From Octopus sinensis (lineage: Eukaryota), in NCBI RefSeq assembly GCF_006345805.1, contig NC_043003.1, positions 72,416,001 through 72,480,000 on the forward strand: a stretch of DNA of 64,000 nucleotides. Reading direction: 5' to 3'. Each line of letters starts with the position of its first letter. Within the stretch, counting starts at the first letter, position 1. Position numbers and translations under genes: made by a program. Below the pieces are notes generated by a model. It made no database searches. It saw nothing but the letters and a program-made list of their open reading frames with translations, and had not been told where the DNA came from. Below are positions 45,978 to 59,214 of the stretch, in pieces.

Positions 45978-46562
45978 ATTATATAAAAGGGCTTAGTAAA
46001 ATAAATTACTTTGCCGCATACTGAACTCATTAGAAATAGCAGCTAAAAAACTTTTTAAAGCTATTTCTAATACTTAAAGAAAATCTCTCTCATATATAGT
46101 GTTTGCTTAATTCAACTCACCAAAGTTTGGGGGTAAGGACATCGAAAAATCAAATGCTAAGGTTATTTGAGAACGTACGTTTCAAGATTAGTCAAAAACA
46201 ACACTTCTATCATCAGCTCAGAAATTCCTTGGTTTGGATTTGGAAACACTGAAAATAAGAACATACCCTTTCGTATGTTCTTATTTTCAGTGTTTCCAAA
46301 TCCAAACCAAGGAATTTCTGAGCTGATGATAGAAGTGTTGTTTTTGACTAATCTTGAAACGTACGTTCTCAAATAACCTTAGCATTTGATTTTTCGATGT
46401 CCTTACCCCCAAACTTTGGTGAGTTGAATTAAGCAAACACTATATATGAGAGAGATTTTCTTTAAGTATTAGAAATAGCTTTAAAAAAGTTTTTTAGCTG
46501 CTATTTCTAATGAGTTCAGTATGCGGCAAAGTAATTTATTTTACTAAGCCCTTTTATATAAT
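45978..46562. repeat. Near-perfect palindrome, arms 289/290 bp, 6-nt loop CCTTTC
   Basis: The arms are reverse complements apart from one homopolymer indel; mirror ORFs at 46163-46372(-) and 46167-46376(+). Confidence 0.97.
46319..46371 (+). ncRNA. Minimal type I hammerhead motif (mirror copy at 46168-46220, minus)
   Basis: TGAG-CTGATGA-stem II (AGA..AGT/ACT..TCT)-GAAA-C-GTAC-GTT-CTCA; palindromic loop III and GUU triplet. Confidence 0.7.
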
Positions 46563-46655
46563 GTAATAATTTGAATTCGCCTTGAATGGTCCCTTTGCAT
46601 ACTGAACACTTGGTGAAATTGATTAATAATTAATTAATTTTGCCCTCAATTGTTG

Positions 46656-46698
<43 letters not shown>

Positions 46699-48859
46699 TT
46701 GTGTGTTTGTGCCTGTGTTTGTCCCCACCACCATCGCTTGACAACCAATGTTGGTGTGTTTACATCCCCGTAACTTAACGATTCCGCAAAAGCAACCGAT
46801 AGCATAATTACTAGGTTTACAAAGAGTAAGTCGATTAGTTTGACTAAAACCCCTTAAGGTGGTGCTCCAGCATGGCCACAGTCAAATGACTGAACCAAAT
46901 AAAAGAAAAAAAGGAATAAAAGACTATAGACCAACAGAAATGTAAAAAAAAAACTGTTATGGTCAAACGATTCCGTACTGACATTTGATGAATCTATTGA
47001 ATTAGTTTCTTATAAAGTCTCTGAGTACGCTTCGAATGGATGTATACTGTATCTTTTCAGCGTTTGATAAATTGGTGTATTGTTGGAATTATTTGAGACA
47101 TTATTGGTTGGTGAGATGGTGGTTGTGAATTTATAATTTCTCTTCAAATTGATATGTGCTGGAATAAATTCTTCAACAAAAGGAAATTCGAGGCTTCTAT
47201 TTGCGCATTTATTGCTATAATTATCTTATTCAATTTAACTTTTAGATAATTTCTGTGAGAATCCTTATAAATGTGCTTTTTCTCGTTGAGTAAAGAGTTA
47301 ACTTTTACAATATATTCCTTTTGGCCACTATTGAAAATGCATTATTTTTCTCACTCTTTCTTATTGTGTTATTTTTTAAATCATGAAAAGACTGCTTAAA
47401 CTTCGCGTTGAGCGTTTGTTTATTGTCGTGAGTTTATCTATTGATATTACATTCAGCAAGAAGTAAGTCTTCACGACTTTTATGGTAATTTTATCGCCGA
47501 AATGTCCTGGGGCTATGAAGAGCAGTTTGACTTCAACTTTTTTTTTCTGTTATCGTATATATTGGCTATGCTTGAAAGTTAATAGCAAGTTTGAGGAGTG
47601 TTATTTGCTTTGGAATGAATGTATGTTGTTAGAAGTTAAAGAATTTATCTTCCTATGTGGGTAGATAGATTTTTTTCTTCGTAGATTAGTTATATTACAT
47701 TATTCAAATACATACTAACTATAGAACATATGATGAAACGCCTCATAAAAGAGAACATAAATTGTAAACACAAAAACATTAGTTAACACTAACAATGCAC
47801 TAAAAATCAGTCAATTTGCAAACCTAGTTATGTAAATATACACATTTGTTCTCGTTTTGGTGCTCTTATCAACTTTTTGTTTATTTAGAATTTCCTTTCA
47901 TTTTTTGACAGTTTATTTAGAGAAATAAAGTTTCTAAACCCACCATCAATGTATTTAGACCTTCATAATTTCATCAATATAGAGTGATGTAGGCTTCTAT
48001 TGCTGTCTTAAAATCGATTTAATTTTTTATTGTGAGATCTATAAATCCAGTCAGATCATTATTTTTTCATTCTATATATACGTAACCTGCATTACACTGT
48101 GCTATGGCTGTTGTTTACATCATTAATCGTCTATTTTTATGATAAATTCTGTATGGATGTGCTGTCTAATATTTTTCTATATAGTATTGCTTAGTGTTGT
48201 ATGGTGTAGTTAGAGCATTAACAGTGCTCTTATGTGTAAATGCATGGTGAGTTGGAGGAAATTGCTATATTTCTATGATCAATATAAGTTTTGGTGTCAT
48301 TAAGTTTAAAACCTTTATCGTTCGCAATCAAATCTATTAACCAAATTCGCATTAGTAGCTTGTTCGCCAGTCTACATGCTTGCAGTTTGTAATTGTTAAC
48401 AAATTTTTTAATTTTAGTGTTGTTGTAATATATTATCGATAAGGTTTTGTGAACGTGTTACGAAGTTTTTGATACTTTGTAAGCATTTGATTTATATGAC
48501 AAACCTTATGCGTGGTTTGCATATTTCTAATACAGTGCCCGACACATTTAGTACGCTGCATTTGTTGTATTGGTATATAGTTTAGTATTTAACTTTGTGA
48601 CAATACCATCAAGAGAATAAAGAAGGAAACGAAGATACGGTATTCTACAGTGAACAAAGTATCTCGTAAAATGAAATATATAAATAGATGTGAATGTGTA
48701 TATTGGTGTATACATGTATGTGCGTACATTAAAAAACAAAAAGAGAAAACGCTTTCATCATGGACAAAAGAAAGAAAATATTTACATTTTTGTCAGCATA
48801 AGCAAAGTTACTCGGTACCATACAAACAAGAGACGCCATATATAATAATAAAAATTACA

Positions 48860-50730
48860 GAGTTATCAAGGAAAAATCAACGACACAACAAATTAGTGTA
48901 CACTATAAAGGGCTTAAATTTACACCAACCCTCGAAGACATAATTACACTGAAATGAAAGACAACATTTCTGAATTCTATAGAAAGTTAAGGCTCGCAGA
49001 AGAGCTATACAAGAACAACGAAGACGAATGAAAGTAAGAATCAACAGCAACTGCACCCTACCAGTAGATCAGAACATTGTACTATTTCTGTGAATATATT
49101 TTAAATTATCCATATCAATATGCACACGAATAAAAACCCATCTCAAGCTTGAATGGGATGACATAAATTATAAAAATAAAGAAATAACAATTAAAGAGGT
49201 CGATAAATGAAATTCAGAAATATCGATGAATACAGAATACTACAAAAATTTTGTGTATCCTTATTACAAAATAATACATACTACGATCAACAGAACACTT
49301 TTGAAACCTTAGAATATTAATATATTGATGCCGAAAAGGGATCACCGACAAAGAATATTAAAATATTACCAACATTTGGCATAAATCTAGTTTTACAAAA
49401 TGAGACAAAAAAATGAAGCATGCAAAGGGACTACTGATATGTATTAATCTCAGGCCCGAAATTTTGGGGGAGGAGGGTCCAGTCGATTAGATCGACACTA
49501 GTACACAACTAGTACTTAATTTATCGACCCCGAAAGGATGAAAGGTAAAGTCGACCTTGGCGGTATTTGAACTCAGAACGTAAAGACAGATGAAATAACG
49601 CTAAGCATTCCCCCCGGCGTACTAACGTTTCTACCAGCTCGCCACCTTATTGAAATGTATTAATGTCCTCTCACCAAATGGTCTGAAATTCAGACAAATG
49701 ACAGCTGGTCCAGTGTGTGGAAACCATCTAGTAAATTTTAGATGTGTTACTCAAGCCATTCTTCAAGCACAGAACAGGCGATTTAGATATGCTAAGTCAT
49801 CTTCCGAAAACTGTCAGTGGAAAAAAGGCCATGACAATATCTTTCAAACCTGCGAATATTTATTCAAACCTACCACACGAGTTTGAAATTGGGATCATTA
49901 AATTCTGGTCGGATATTAATAAAGGTGAACTTCTTCATTACGTAAAAAAAAGAAAATAATAATAGAAAGACTAAAATTCATTTTGAGAATAATTATTTTA
50001 TGTTTGTTTTATGTTTAGTGATAACTTTTATCGACAAAAATCTGGAACCGTGATGGAGAGGAAACAGATCTAAAGGATCTGTTTCCTAGACAGAAATTAT
50101 CCACCATCTCTGATCGATAATGAAATACAATGAATCGAGAAGTTCAGTATCCAAAGAAATATATCGAAATTGAAGGCCCTACTACACATTTTCCGTAACA
50201 ATCCTAAAAAGAATGAGGCTTACAACACCATATTTAAAAACATGTATACACTGAAAAGGACTGAACCAAATCTTCGTATCACAAAAAAAAAAAAGAAACC
50301 TAAATCAATTTTAAAAAAGGCCAAACATTGGACAATAACAAAACCAACAGTTATAAACTGCGAAGGATCCAATTGTGGTATACATTTAAATTCGTCAGAA
50401 CTATCGGAGATCGTTTTATACAGAGACAACACTTCACAGTAAAAACCAAGTTTACCAATGCATCTGAAAACCTAATCAGTGCAATTGCATGCTCATGATG
50501 TAGAAAGAACTACATAGGGAAAACCAGGATGTCCTTAATACAACGTATGGCTGAAGATACTCACAAATTAAATGCAGATAATAGGACTCAATGAAAATAC
50601 AAACGCAAGTTCTGATGAGAAATAATTAAATTTTATGATTTTCTTATATCAGTTTAGCGTTAGCACAGCACAACAAATCATCGACATTGAAACAACTTTC
50701 ATAACGAAATACCGACGGCTTCTAAATACC
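48860..50730 (+). mobile_element. Decayed Penelope-like element with nested SINE B (49446-49647, minus)
   Basis: Collinear fragments KGL.FTPT, EFYRKLRLAE, FRQMTAGP, YRQKSGTVM, CEGSNCG, YIGKT and ETTFITKY. Confidence 0.75.
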
Positions 50731-50954
50731 TGTGGGAGAGAAAGGGTGACAATTACCAAAACAATTACTGTTACAGCCGCTGCTGCTGCTGCTGCTACTA
50801 CTACTACTGCAGCTTCTACTACTGCAGCTACTAGTGCTACTTCTGCTGCAAGGGCTACTATTACCACTGCTTCTACCACTACTGCTTAATACTAATTAAG
50901 GTCCTACTGCTGCTTCTACTAGTGAGGCTAATACAGATGCTGCTGTTGCTGCTG

Positions 50955-50991
<37 letters not shown>

Positions 50992-51162
50992 ACTCGTTAG
51001 TGACAACATCCCTTACTACAACTGCTAGTACCGCTGCACCTGCACTTCCTGCTGCACTTGCTGCTGGTGCTATATGTAACCGATATAACCAACTAACAGC
51101 CCCATATGAATTTTAAAAGAGAAACTTGTGAATTTCCAGATCTAGTATCATATAGATTAATT

Positions 51163-51526
51163 TTATTACCTCCGCCTTAGCGAAGGCAGAGATATTGTTT
51201 TCAGTCCTGTTTGTTTGTCCGTGGACAAGATATCTCAAGAACCGATGGATGGCTTCGGATGAAACTTTCAGGGATGTATGGCCTCAAGACTGGCACGAAC
51301 TGATTAGATTTTGGGATCGATCCGGTACTGGACAAGGATTCTGTATTATTTTTCCTGATTTTTACTTAATTTTTCAGAGAGGTTTCGTTTAATTTTTAGT
51401 ATTCCCGTTTGTGAGAGGAGTCGAGTTTATTTCAGATATTCTCATTTTAAAAATCATTGCTGGTTAATCGTTGAGAGACGTTGGTGTTGCCTTGGCGGAA
51501 GTTTGCGCTCTCTGAGTGCGCTTGTT
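51163..51526 (+). mobile_element. Helentron-associated (HINE-like) non-autonomous element
   Basis: Subterminal inverted repeats ACCTCCGCC / GGCGGAAGT, 3' hairpin GCGCTC-TCT-GAGTGC and T-rich flanks. Confidence 0.65.
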
Positions 51527-51730
51527 TTAATTTATTTTCCTTTCTCTTACTACATCAATAAATCCTCTTTATCAAAACGCAAAAACGCTTCGCGAACTTT
51601 CTCATGGAACAAAGAAACAAAATATTTATATTTTTATCAAAATGCGCGACTCGTTTCAATCGTTTTCGAAGGCGAATTATACGTACATACATACATATAT
51701 GTGTTTGTGTGTGTGTTTATATATGTGTGT

Positions 51731-51780
<50 letters not shown>

Positions 51781-51849
51781 ATTGTCACCATTTTATATTT
51801 TTAATTTCACGCATGCACATTGGTTTTGATTTTGCCGACTACACATTAT

Positions 51850-52425
51850 TACAGTGTCAGCTGGGCACCGTCTGCGAGAAAAACAACATCACTCAGCCAG
51901 AAATTAGTAACCGACATGTTGTACTGCTTGGCATTCGCACCGGATGCTCCAGTACGAACATTTCACAGTGGTTGGGTGTCAATCTGAGGAGAATGTATGT
52001 ACCGAGAGTTATAAAAATCAAACATCCAATCAATATCATGATGTTTCGAGTGATCACTAGTGATGGCGACGTTATGTATCCATTCCTCTTCCCACATGGC
52101 TTCACACTCATCACGAAGCCTACAGCAAGTGTCTGGAGGAGGTAGTGCTGCTCTGGGTCATGAGGATGGCTGCTGGAAGACCCTAAGTCTGGCAACAGGA
52201 CTCTCCACCATGCCACATAAACAGGAGAACCTAGTCATGGCTGACAAACAATTTCTGCGACCACATCACCCCTAACACCTGGCCACTTAACGCCCCAAAC
52301 TGCGACCCCTTTGATTATTATGCGTGGAGCACAGTTGAGCGAGAGAATGACAAAAGCCCTTGTAACACCAATGATGAACTGAAGGTAAGGATTATGGCAG
52401 GATTGACCAACTTAAACAAGGAGGC
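51850..52425 (+). pseudogene. Tc1/mariner (maT-like) transposase remnant
   Basis: KHPINIMMFRVITSDGDVM.PF.F, WQQDSPPCH, WPLNAPNCDPLDYYAW. Confidence 0.85.
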
Positions 52426-52462
52426 CGCGATATATATAATGGCGACAATTTACCCCTCGCGC

Positions 52463-52538
<76 letters not shown>

Positions 52539-52758
52539 TGTATATAATGACTAGTCGAAACAGTTGTTAGTCAAATTTCCTACAATAAAGAAAATGTATA
52601 ACGACCATTATTTATGCTTTGTACTCTGTGTGTGTTTGTTTATATATATGTATATATATATATTGTTGTATTTAGGAATGGTCATTTTGCCAGTTTAGCC
52701 AATAAAAACACACGCACTATATATTTGGTATTACTTTGCTTCAGTGTTATTTATTTTT

Positions 52759-52951
52759 TACATTAATCTTAATCTTATTTCGGCCAGAGTTCTTTCGTCA
52801 CACTCCTGTGACCGCATCAGTGGTCCTTTGTTTTCTTCTGACGGTTAGTAAGGAGAAACACAAATAAGTAAAAAGAAAACAAAGGACCACTGATGCGGTC
52901 ACAGAAGTGTGACGAAAGAACTCTGGCCGAAATAAGATTAAGATTAATGTA
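52759..52951. repeat. Inverted repeat, 79-bp arms, one mismatch, 35-nt spacer
   Basis: 52759-52837 is the reverse complement of 52873-52951. Confidence 0.95.
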
Positions 52952-53079
<128 letters not shown>

Positions 53080-53900
53080 AAGTATGAAATTTGTAGTAAG
53101 GTATATGGTAAACTTTGACAGTTGCTCATTTTGCACTCATATTTTGACAATCTTTATTTTTTGTTAGAAAACCGACACATTCATTTCTTTATTCTAACTC
53201 ATTTTGCTCTTTATAAAGAAATCTATAAATCATATTTTGCTATTTTTGTTTAGAGATGGATAAGTCGGAAATTCGTACAGTTCTGAAATATGAGTTCTTT
53301 CTTGGAAATACAGCATCACAGACAGCTCGGAATATTAATGGAGTATTTCATTCTAATGTCATTACACAGCAGACAATATCAAATTGGTTTGCAAAATTTC
53401 GTTCTGGTAACTTTGACCTCACAAATGAGTAACGCGGTCGACAAGAAAGGAAGGTGGATAATGACGAAAGCCACCGTCGAGTCAGATCCATTTCAAAGTG
53501 CCCAGGAATTATTGTTGTTGTTTGGTGTTAGCAAGCAAACAATATTGACTCAACTGGTTCAAATCGGTAAAATGAAAAAGTTGGATAGGTGGGTTCCACA
53601 TAAACGCAATGAAAATCTGAAACAGCAACATTTGGAAGCCTGCTTTATACTACTTTCTCGTCATAAAAATGAATCACTTCTGAATCGAATTGTAACATGT
53701 GATGTGAAATGGATCCAATGCAACAACCGTAAACGTTCAGCTCAGTGGTTGAACAGAGACGAGCCACAAAAACACAGTCCAAAAAGCGAAATTCATCAAA
53801 AGAAGCTGATGGTGCATGTTTATGGCCTGACGCAGGTGTGATCCAATATGATTTCATTAAAGTTGGCACATCAATCAGGGCCGAAGTATTCTGCAGCGAC
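53080..53900 (+). mobile_element. Mariner 5' part, truncated
   Basis: MDKSEIRTVLKYEF..WFAKFRSG, WVPH, RIVTCDVKWI, HQKKLMV. Confidence 0.9.
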
Positions 53901-53901
53901 T

Positions 53902-53934
<33 letters not shown>

Positions 53935-54088
53935 GTTATTATTCAGGTGACTACCTAGAATCGAACTCGGAATCTTGGGGTTAGAAACCCGCGCTCTTAA
54001 CCACTACGCCATATGCCCATGGGCGTAGTGGTAAACAGCGCGGGCTACTAACCCCAAGATTCCGAGTTCGATTCTAGGCAGTGACTTA

Positions 54089-54142
<54 letters not shown>

Positions 54143-54155
54143 TAATAATAATATA

Positions 54156-54240
<85 letters not shown>

Positions 54241-54410
54241 GCATCGAAAAATACCTTAGGAATGAGAACCCATGTTCGAAATTTCCCAAAACACCTGATG
54301 AAGTCTGGAGGGTATATCAGTCGAAACGTTGTGTTAACAACAAACAAGAAGAGGACAAATATCCGTCAAATTTAAATAATGTAAATAATGCAAATAATGT
54401 ACATAATTCC
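53901..54410 (+). mobile_element. tRNA-headed element with inverted head copy, (TAA)n tract and hammerhead motif
   Basis: GGCGTAGTGG (A box) to GAGTTCGATTC (B box) at 54022-54075, mirrored at 53943-54010; HHR at 54290-54335. Confidence 0.75.
54290..54335 (+). ncRNA. Minimal hammerhead motif
   Basis: AACAC-CTGATGA-AGTCTG...CAGTC-GAAA-CGTT-GTGTT. Confidence 0.6.
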
Positions 54411-54542
54411 ATAAGATTAATCAGCCGAAATTGCTAGGATGATCCGGTTCTTGACCGAAGATTGAAGGCTTCAAATATCCCGTCCGTGTTTTTTGTATCG
54501 TCTTCTAAATGTTTTACGTTCTTGTCCCAGTTTGTATTTTTC

Positions 54543-54580
<38 letters not shown>

Positions 54581-54582
<2 letters not shown>

Positions 54583-54750
54583 GTGCTGGAGTGGCTGTGT
54601 GGTAAATAGCTTCCTTACCAACTACATGGTTCCGGGCTTAGTCCCACTAAGTGGCACCTTGAGCAAGTGTCTTCTGCTATAGCCTCGGGCCGACCAAAGA
54701 CTTGTGAGTGGATATGATAGACGGAAACAGAGAGAAGCCCATCGCATATG
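54581..54750 (+). mobile_element. SINE family A, 5' half
   Basis: Family A head and body. Confidence 0.85.
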
Positions 54751-54980
54751 TATGCTCTTAGCTTAGTTTTTCCTTGGGGCTGGCCAGATTGGAGCAATCT
54801 CAAGATTAATCAGCCGAAATTGCGAGGATGATCTGGTTCCTGACTGAAGATCAAAGGCTTCGAATGACCCGTGCGTGTTTTTTGTATCGTGTATCTGAAT
54901 GTTTTGTTGTCCCTTTTTGTATCACCTAGTTGTCCGGATGTTTTGCGTTCTTGTCCCATTTTGTATTGTTTTTATATATG

Positions 54981-55042
<62 letters not shown>

Positions 55043-55092
55043 ATATATATATATATATAATATATATATATATATTTGTATACACATATACA

Positions 55093-55141
<49 letters not shown>

Positions 55142-55229
55142 TATATATATATATATACAGATACTCGCACACATTTGCACCTATGTATGTATATTTCAGT
55201 ATATATATTTATATCTATATCTGTCTATA

Positions 55230-55354
<125 letters not shown>

Positions 55355-55739
55355 ATAAGCATATATATACGTAGTACATATACGAACACGTAAAAATTTT
55401 GAATATAGACACCCCCATCTCCACGGCCGCTCACACATACAAACACATATTTCTGTTCATTATAGACATGCCTTGTCTTGAGAGAGGTCCAAAGAATGTG
55501 AAGAATTATCTCCATCCCTTCCACCTGCCATTCTCTGCTCCACTCACCTCCACTGAATCTTGTAAATATTTCGGAAGGTCTTACTTTGATGCTGTGCCAA
55601 TGTATCAAATTAAGATACAGCTTTGTGCTGGGATCTCAGGTAAGTGTACGGTGAGTTGACGTGCTGAGAGGTGTTGTGCTTGCTGTGTGTTGGGAGAGGA
55701 GGCTTACCAGGGACTGGTGTTAGTTTGTATAGGTAGTTG

Positions 55740-55811
55740 TACTTATGACGATGATGACTATTATGACTATGATGATGATGATGATGATGATGACGATGGT
55801 GGTGGTGATGG

Positions 55812-55857
<46 letters not shown>

Positions 55858-56445
55858 GGTGGTGTTGATGATGATGGCGTTTGTGGTGATGGTTTTGTGC
55901 GATGAGTGTGTTGGTGGTTGGTGGTTTGCGGTAGTGGTAGTACATTTTTGTGGTGATGGTGATAGTTCGTGGTGGTAGTATGAATGGTTATGGTATTGGT
56001 AGTGGTGTTGATACTGGAGGTGGTGGTGGTGGTGGTGGTGGTGATTTAGGTTGTTATGGCAGTGGGGTGGTGATGGTGGTGGTGGTAATATAAGATGGCT
56101 CAGTGATGTGGTATGTAAGTAGTCTTATTACCTTCTCTCCCGCTGTATCTCTTTCTAAGCAACGTGGCCTTTGTCATTTATGTAACGGTAGTAGTAGTAG
56201 TAGTAGTAGTAGTTGTTGTTGTTGTTGCTGTTGTTGTTGTTGTAGTGGTATTAGTTATTTGTGGTGGCCATGGTGGTGTTAAACTATGTACACTCATTTA
56301 CAAATTAGTAACCATGTGCCAAAATTAGAAACAATCATCATCATCATCATCATCATTTTGGTGGTGGTTGTGGTGGTTGTGGTGGTGGTGGTGGTGGTGG
56401 TGGTGGTGGTGATTGTGGCTGTGCGGTGGCGGCAGCGGTGGCGGA
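55740..56445. repeat. Trinucleotide microsatellites (GAT, GGT, TAG, GTT, CAT)
   Basis: Directly visible. Confidence 0.9.
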
Positions 56446-56510
56446 AGGACACTGGTAGAATAATTAGATCGGGGGACAAAATACCATGTGGTATTTAGTG
56501 TCGTCAAGAT

Positions 56511-56720
56511 GGAGAACTAGCCGAATCGTTAGCACACTGGACAAAATTCTTTGTGACATTTCGTCCGTCTTTATGTTGTGAGTTCAAATTCCGCAGAGAT
56601 CGGCTTTGCCATTTATTCTTTCGGAGTCAATAAAATAAAAACCAATAGCATACTACAGTCGATGTAATCGACTTATCCCTCTCTGACAATTGCTGGCCTT
56701 GTGTTAAAATTTGAAACTAA
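56511..56720 (+). mobile_element. SINE family B, diverged
   Basis: GAGTTCAAATTCCG...GCTTTGCCATTTATTCTTTCGGAGTCAATAAAATAAAAACCA. Confidence 0.7.
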
Positions 56721-57075
56721 TAATTAGTGTCGTCTATTTAAGTTCTGAGTTCAAACCCCGTCAAAATCAATTTTAAATTCTAAAGATAATACATTGCTAA
56801 GCACCAGTCATGTTTTGCGTATATCTGTTCGATTATACCCGACTCTAAAAGGAATTGTCTTGTATCTATTTTAGCGAATATTATACAGGGGAACAATTTT
56901 GAATATGATTTCTGTTGAGTTTGCTTTTTCACTTCATTTAGACTAAAATTGTCATACTGATTTCAAAACTACAGTCAGTTTTCTTCCATCACGTAATTTT
57001 TTTTTTCTTCTTTTTTCTACAGTTTCTCTGAATAAGCATAATTGTATCGGTCAGCTTCTTTTACGTTGTTGATAA

Positions 57076-58625
57076 CACTGGGGACCATTTTCGAAAAGAT
57101 TGCTTAGTTGTCTTGCTTTTTGCAATTAATCCTACCTAATTTGATGATACTGAGTTCAGAAATTACCTTAGAAATTTTCTATCATGTCAAATTTTTAGAG
57201 AAATTAATTTTTTCACGAAAAAATTGTCAATTTTGCCATTAAATGCAATATTGAAATATAAAAAAATAGCACAAGCCAAATAGTATATCTTAGAATAGAT
57301 ATTTCTGTCAACGTAGAGTTTCAGCTCCTCAAGGAGTGAACTTTCTATTTGCTGCTTTGCGTGAATAACTTGCATCGCGACAATCACCTTGCAGAGACCA
57401 GTAGTAGTCAGCCGTCATGTTTGTGTTCCACCTGCCTTGATACCTAGTCTCCATGGTCTCGATGTCTTGGTGGAATATTTTTCTCCTTGCTCATCACTTA
57501 TTGCACTATGCTTTTCATGGAAGTAGTCCAGATGACTGTGCAGAAAATGCACTTTTACACTCATGTTGCAACCCAATGCTTGAAAACTGGTTAACACACC
57601 AAACTTAATTTTCTGACAAGACAAAGCTGGAAACTTTCTGCTTAAGTATTTAAACCAGTTACTGTCTCAGTGTTTCAACACGTTTTATGCACTAAATGGA
57701 GAGTACAGGCTTCGTCTTGATCATCCAGTTTTATGTCAAAGTAAGTAACGTTGTGTTGCTGCCTAGATAAAGTGTAACATCCACAAATATAACAGAAGAC
57801 ATCGGGGCTGTTTTAGCATTTTCTTTTCTCACAATTGGTCATATTTCTGAAATGCAAAGCATATATTCAAGCCAGTTATCACCTGGGAAAAGTTTTTTCA
57901 GAATTGTCAACAGTTATAAAAGAAAGCAAATGCAGATTTGTGGTGCCCAAGTTCCATAAAGAGCGTGCATACTATGAAGTTCTTTCTACAGTTCTTTGAT
58001 TATGCTTGACAAAAAGTGATCTTGACCCATGCGACCTCACAATTAAAACATTAAGGGCGCATTCAAATTAACAATTATCATAAGAAATAGTTAAAGGTTC
58101 AACAAACATTTTTCATCAGGTTTGCAATGATAGTTACACTAAATCAAGCACAGCGTAGGCATATTTGCTGGCAAATTCCGCAAATATGAGATATTTATGA
58201 TGTCAAGGACAACAGAAATCTATTGTTTATTAACATCTAATTGTATAAAGAACATTTCTGTCATCATCCTGACATTTGAAACTGGTTAGATTGGAAATCA
58301 TGGAAGTTGCTCAAGTTTGATGCATTTTATTTACTGAAAATATTTAAATCATGACTTCAGTTTTGTAGTTACATTTACTTTAAATGATATTGGAAAACTG
58401 TTTTCAAAGTTATGTCACCCTCGATGCACAGGTCTGCATTTGATGAAGCAAAATCTGTCTTTAGAAATAGGAACAATACCGGAAGTGTCAAAAAAATGAA
58501 CATTTGAGTTCGTGAAAAATCTTGATGTGATTGAACAAAATGGATTTCAGTTTTGAAATCAGCACCCCAAAATTAATAGGAAACATGTCTCAAGCACCAG
58601 ACAACAAAAACCATGTTTCCTACTG
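57076..58625 (-). mobile_element. Chapaev3-like (CMC) DNA transposon, decayed
   Basis: Minus-strand C.NSPDVFCYICG, LGCNMSVKVHFLHSHLDYF..SDEQGE and HQDIETMETRYQGRWN..MTADYYWSL. Decayed inverted ends beginning CAC/CAG with TAA/TTA flanks. Confidence 0.7.
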
Positions 58626-59172
58626 TTATCATTGTATCTTAGTGGTGGTAGTGGTGGTATAGCGGACATGCCTGAGCTGCTTTCTTTCACATTCCCAATT
58701 CGAATTCATCCGACTACATCCGGAGAGAAATATCCTCATCATCATTATCATCCTCATTTAATATCCATTTTCCATGCTTGCTTAAGTTGAATGGCTCGGC
58801 AGGATCCGACGAATCGTGAGTTATCACAATACTCCAATTATGTATGGTTCATTTGAGCGAATACCCTTCCTAGCGCCAACCAAATTATTTTACCAAACTA
58901 AAGTTATAATTGATCTAAAAGCACAATTATTTTATTTATATGTGCCTGCAAAGAAAAGAAAATATATCAAACCACAAACAAAAAAGATCGATGGGTACCT
59001 AAAGACTTTTCCTGAGCACATGGAGGCATATGGGCAATAGTCTTTAACATTTTTTATCACCCTTTGTATGAAGTAGGTTGGTATTTGACTCTAACAGTGA
59101 GGGTATTTTGCTCTCTTCCAGATTTTTCACAAGCTCTTCACCTCTGCGTCTTAACATTTCTCTTGTGATACA

Positions 59173-59213
<41 letters not shown>

Positions 59214-59214
59214 T

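Larger units (their letters stand above)
45759..46915 (+). mobile_element. SINE family A split by a palindromic insertion (5' part ~45759-45875, 3' part ~46698-46915)
   Basis: Both halves match family A in the correct order. Confidence 0.8.

Noticed and set aside
46163-46376. Pair of mirror-image 69-aa ORFs
   Set aside because: A by-product of the palindrome; no protein features.
46990-48500. Possible minus-strand PLE or LINE remnant
   Set aside because: Too decayed to recover diagnostic motifs.
54022-54090. Genuine tRNA gene
   Set aside because: Anticodon and acceptor stems are imperfect and the sequence runs into a repeat body. The same applies to the SINE heads at 5005 and 17161.
55610-55978. 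Poly-His, poly-Asp or poly-Met ORFs
   Set aside because: They are (GAT)n/(GGT)n microsatellites.
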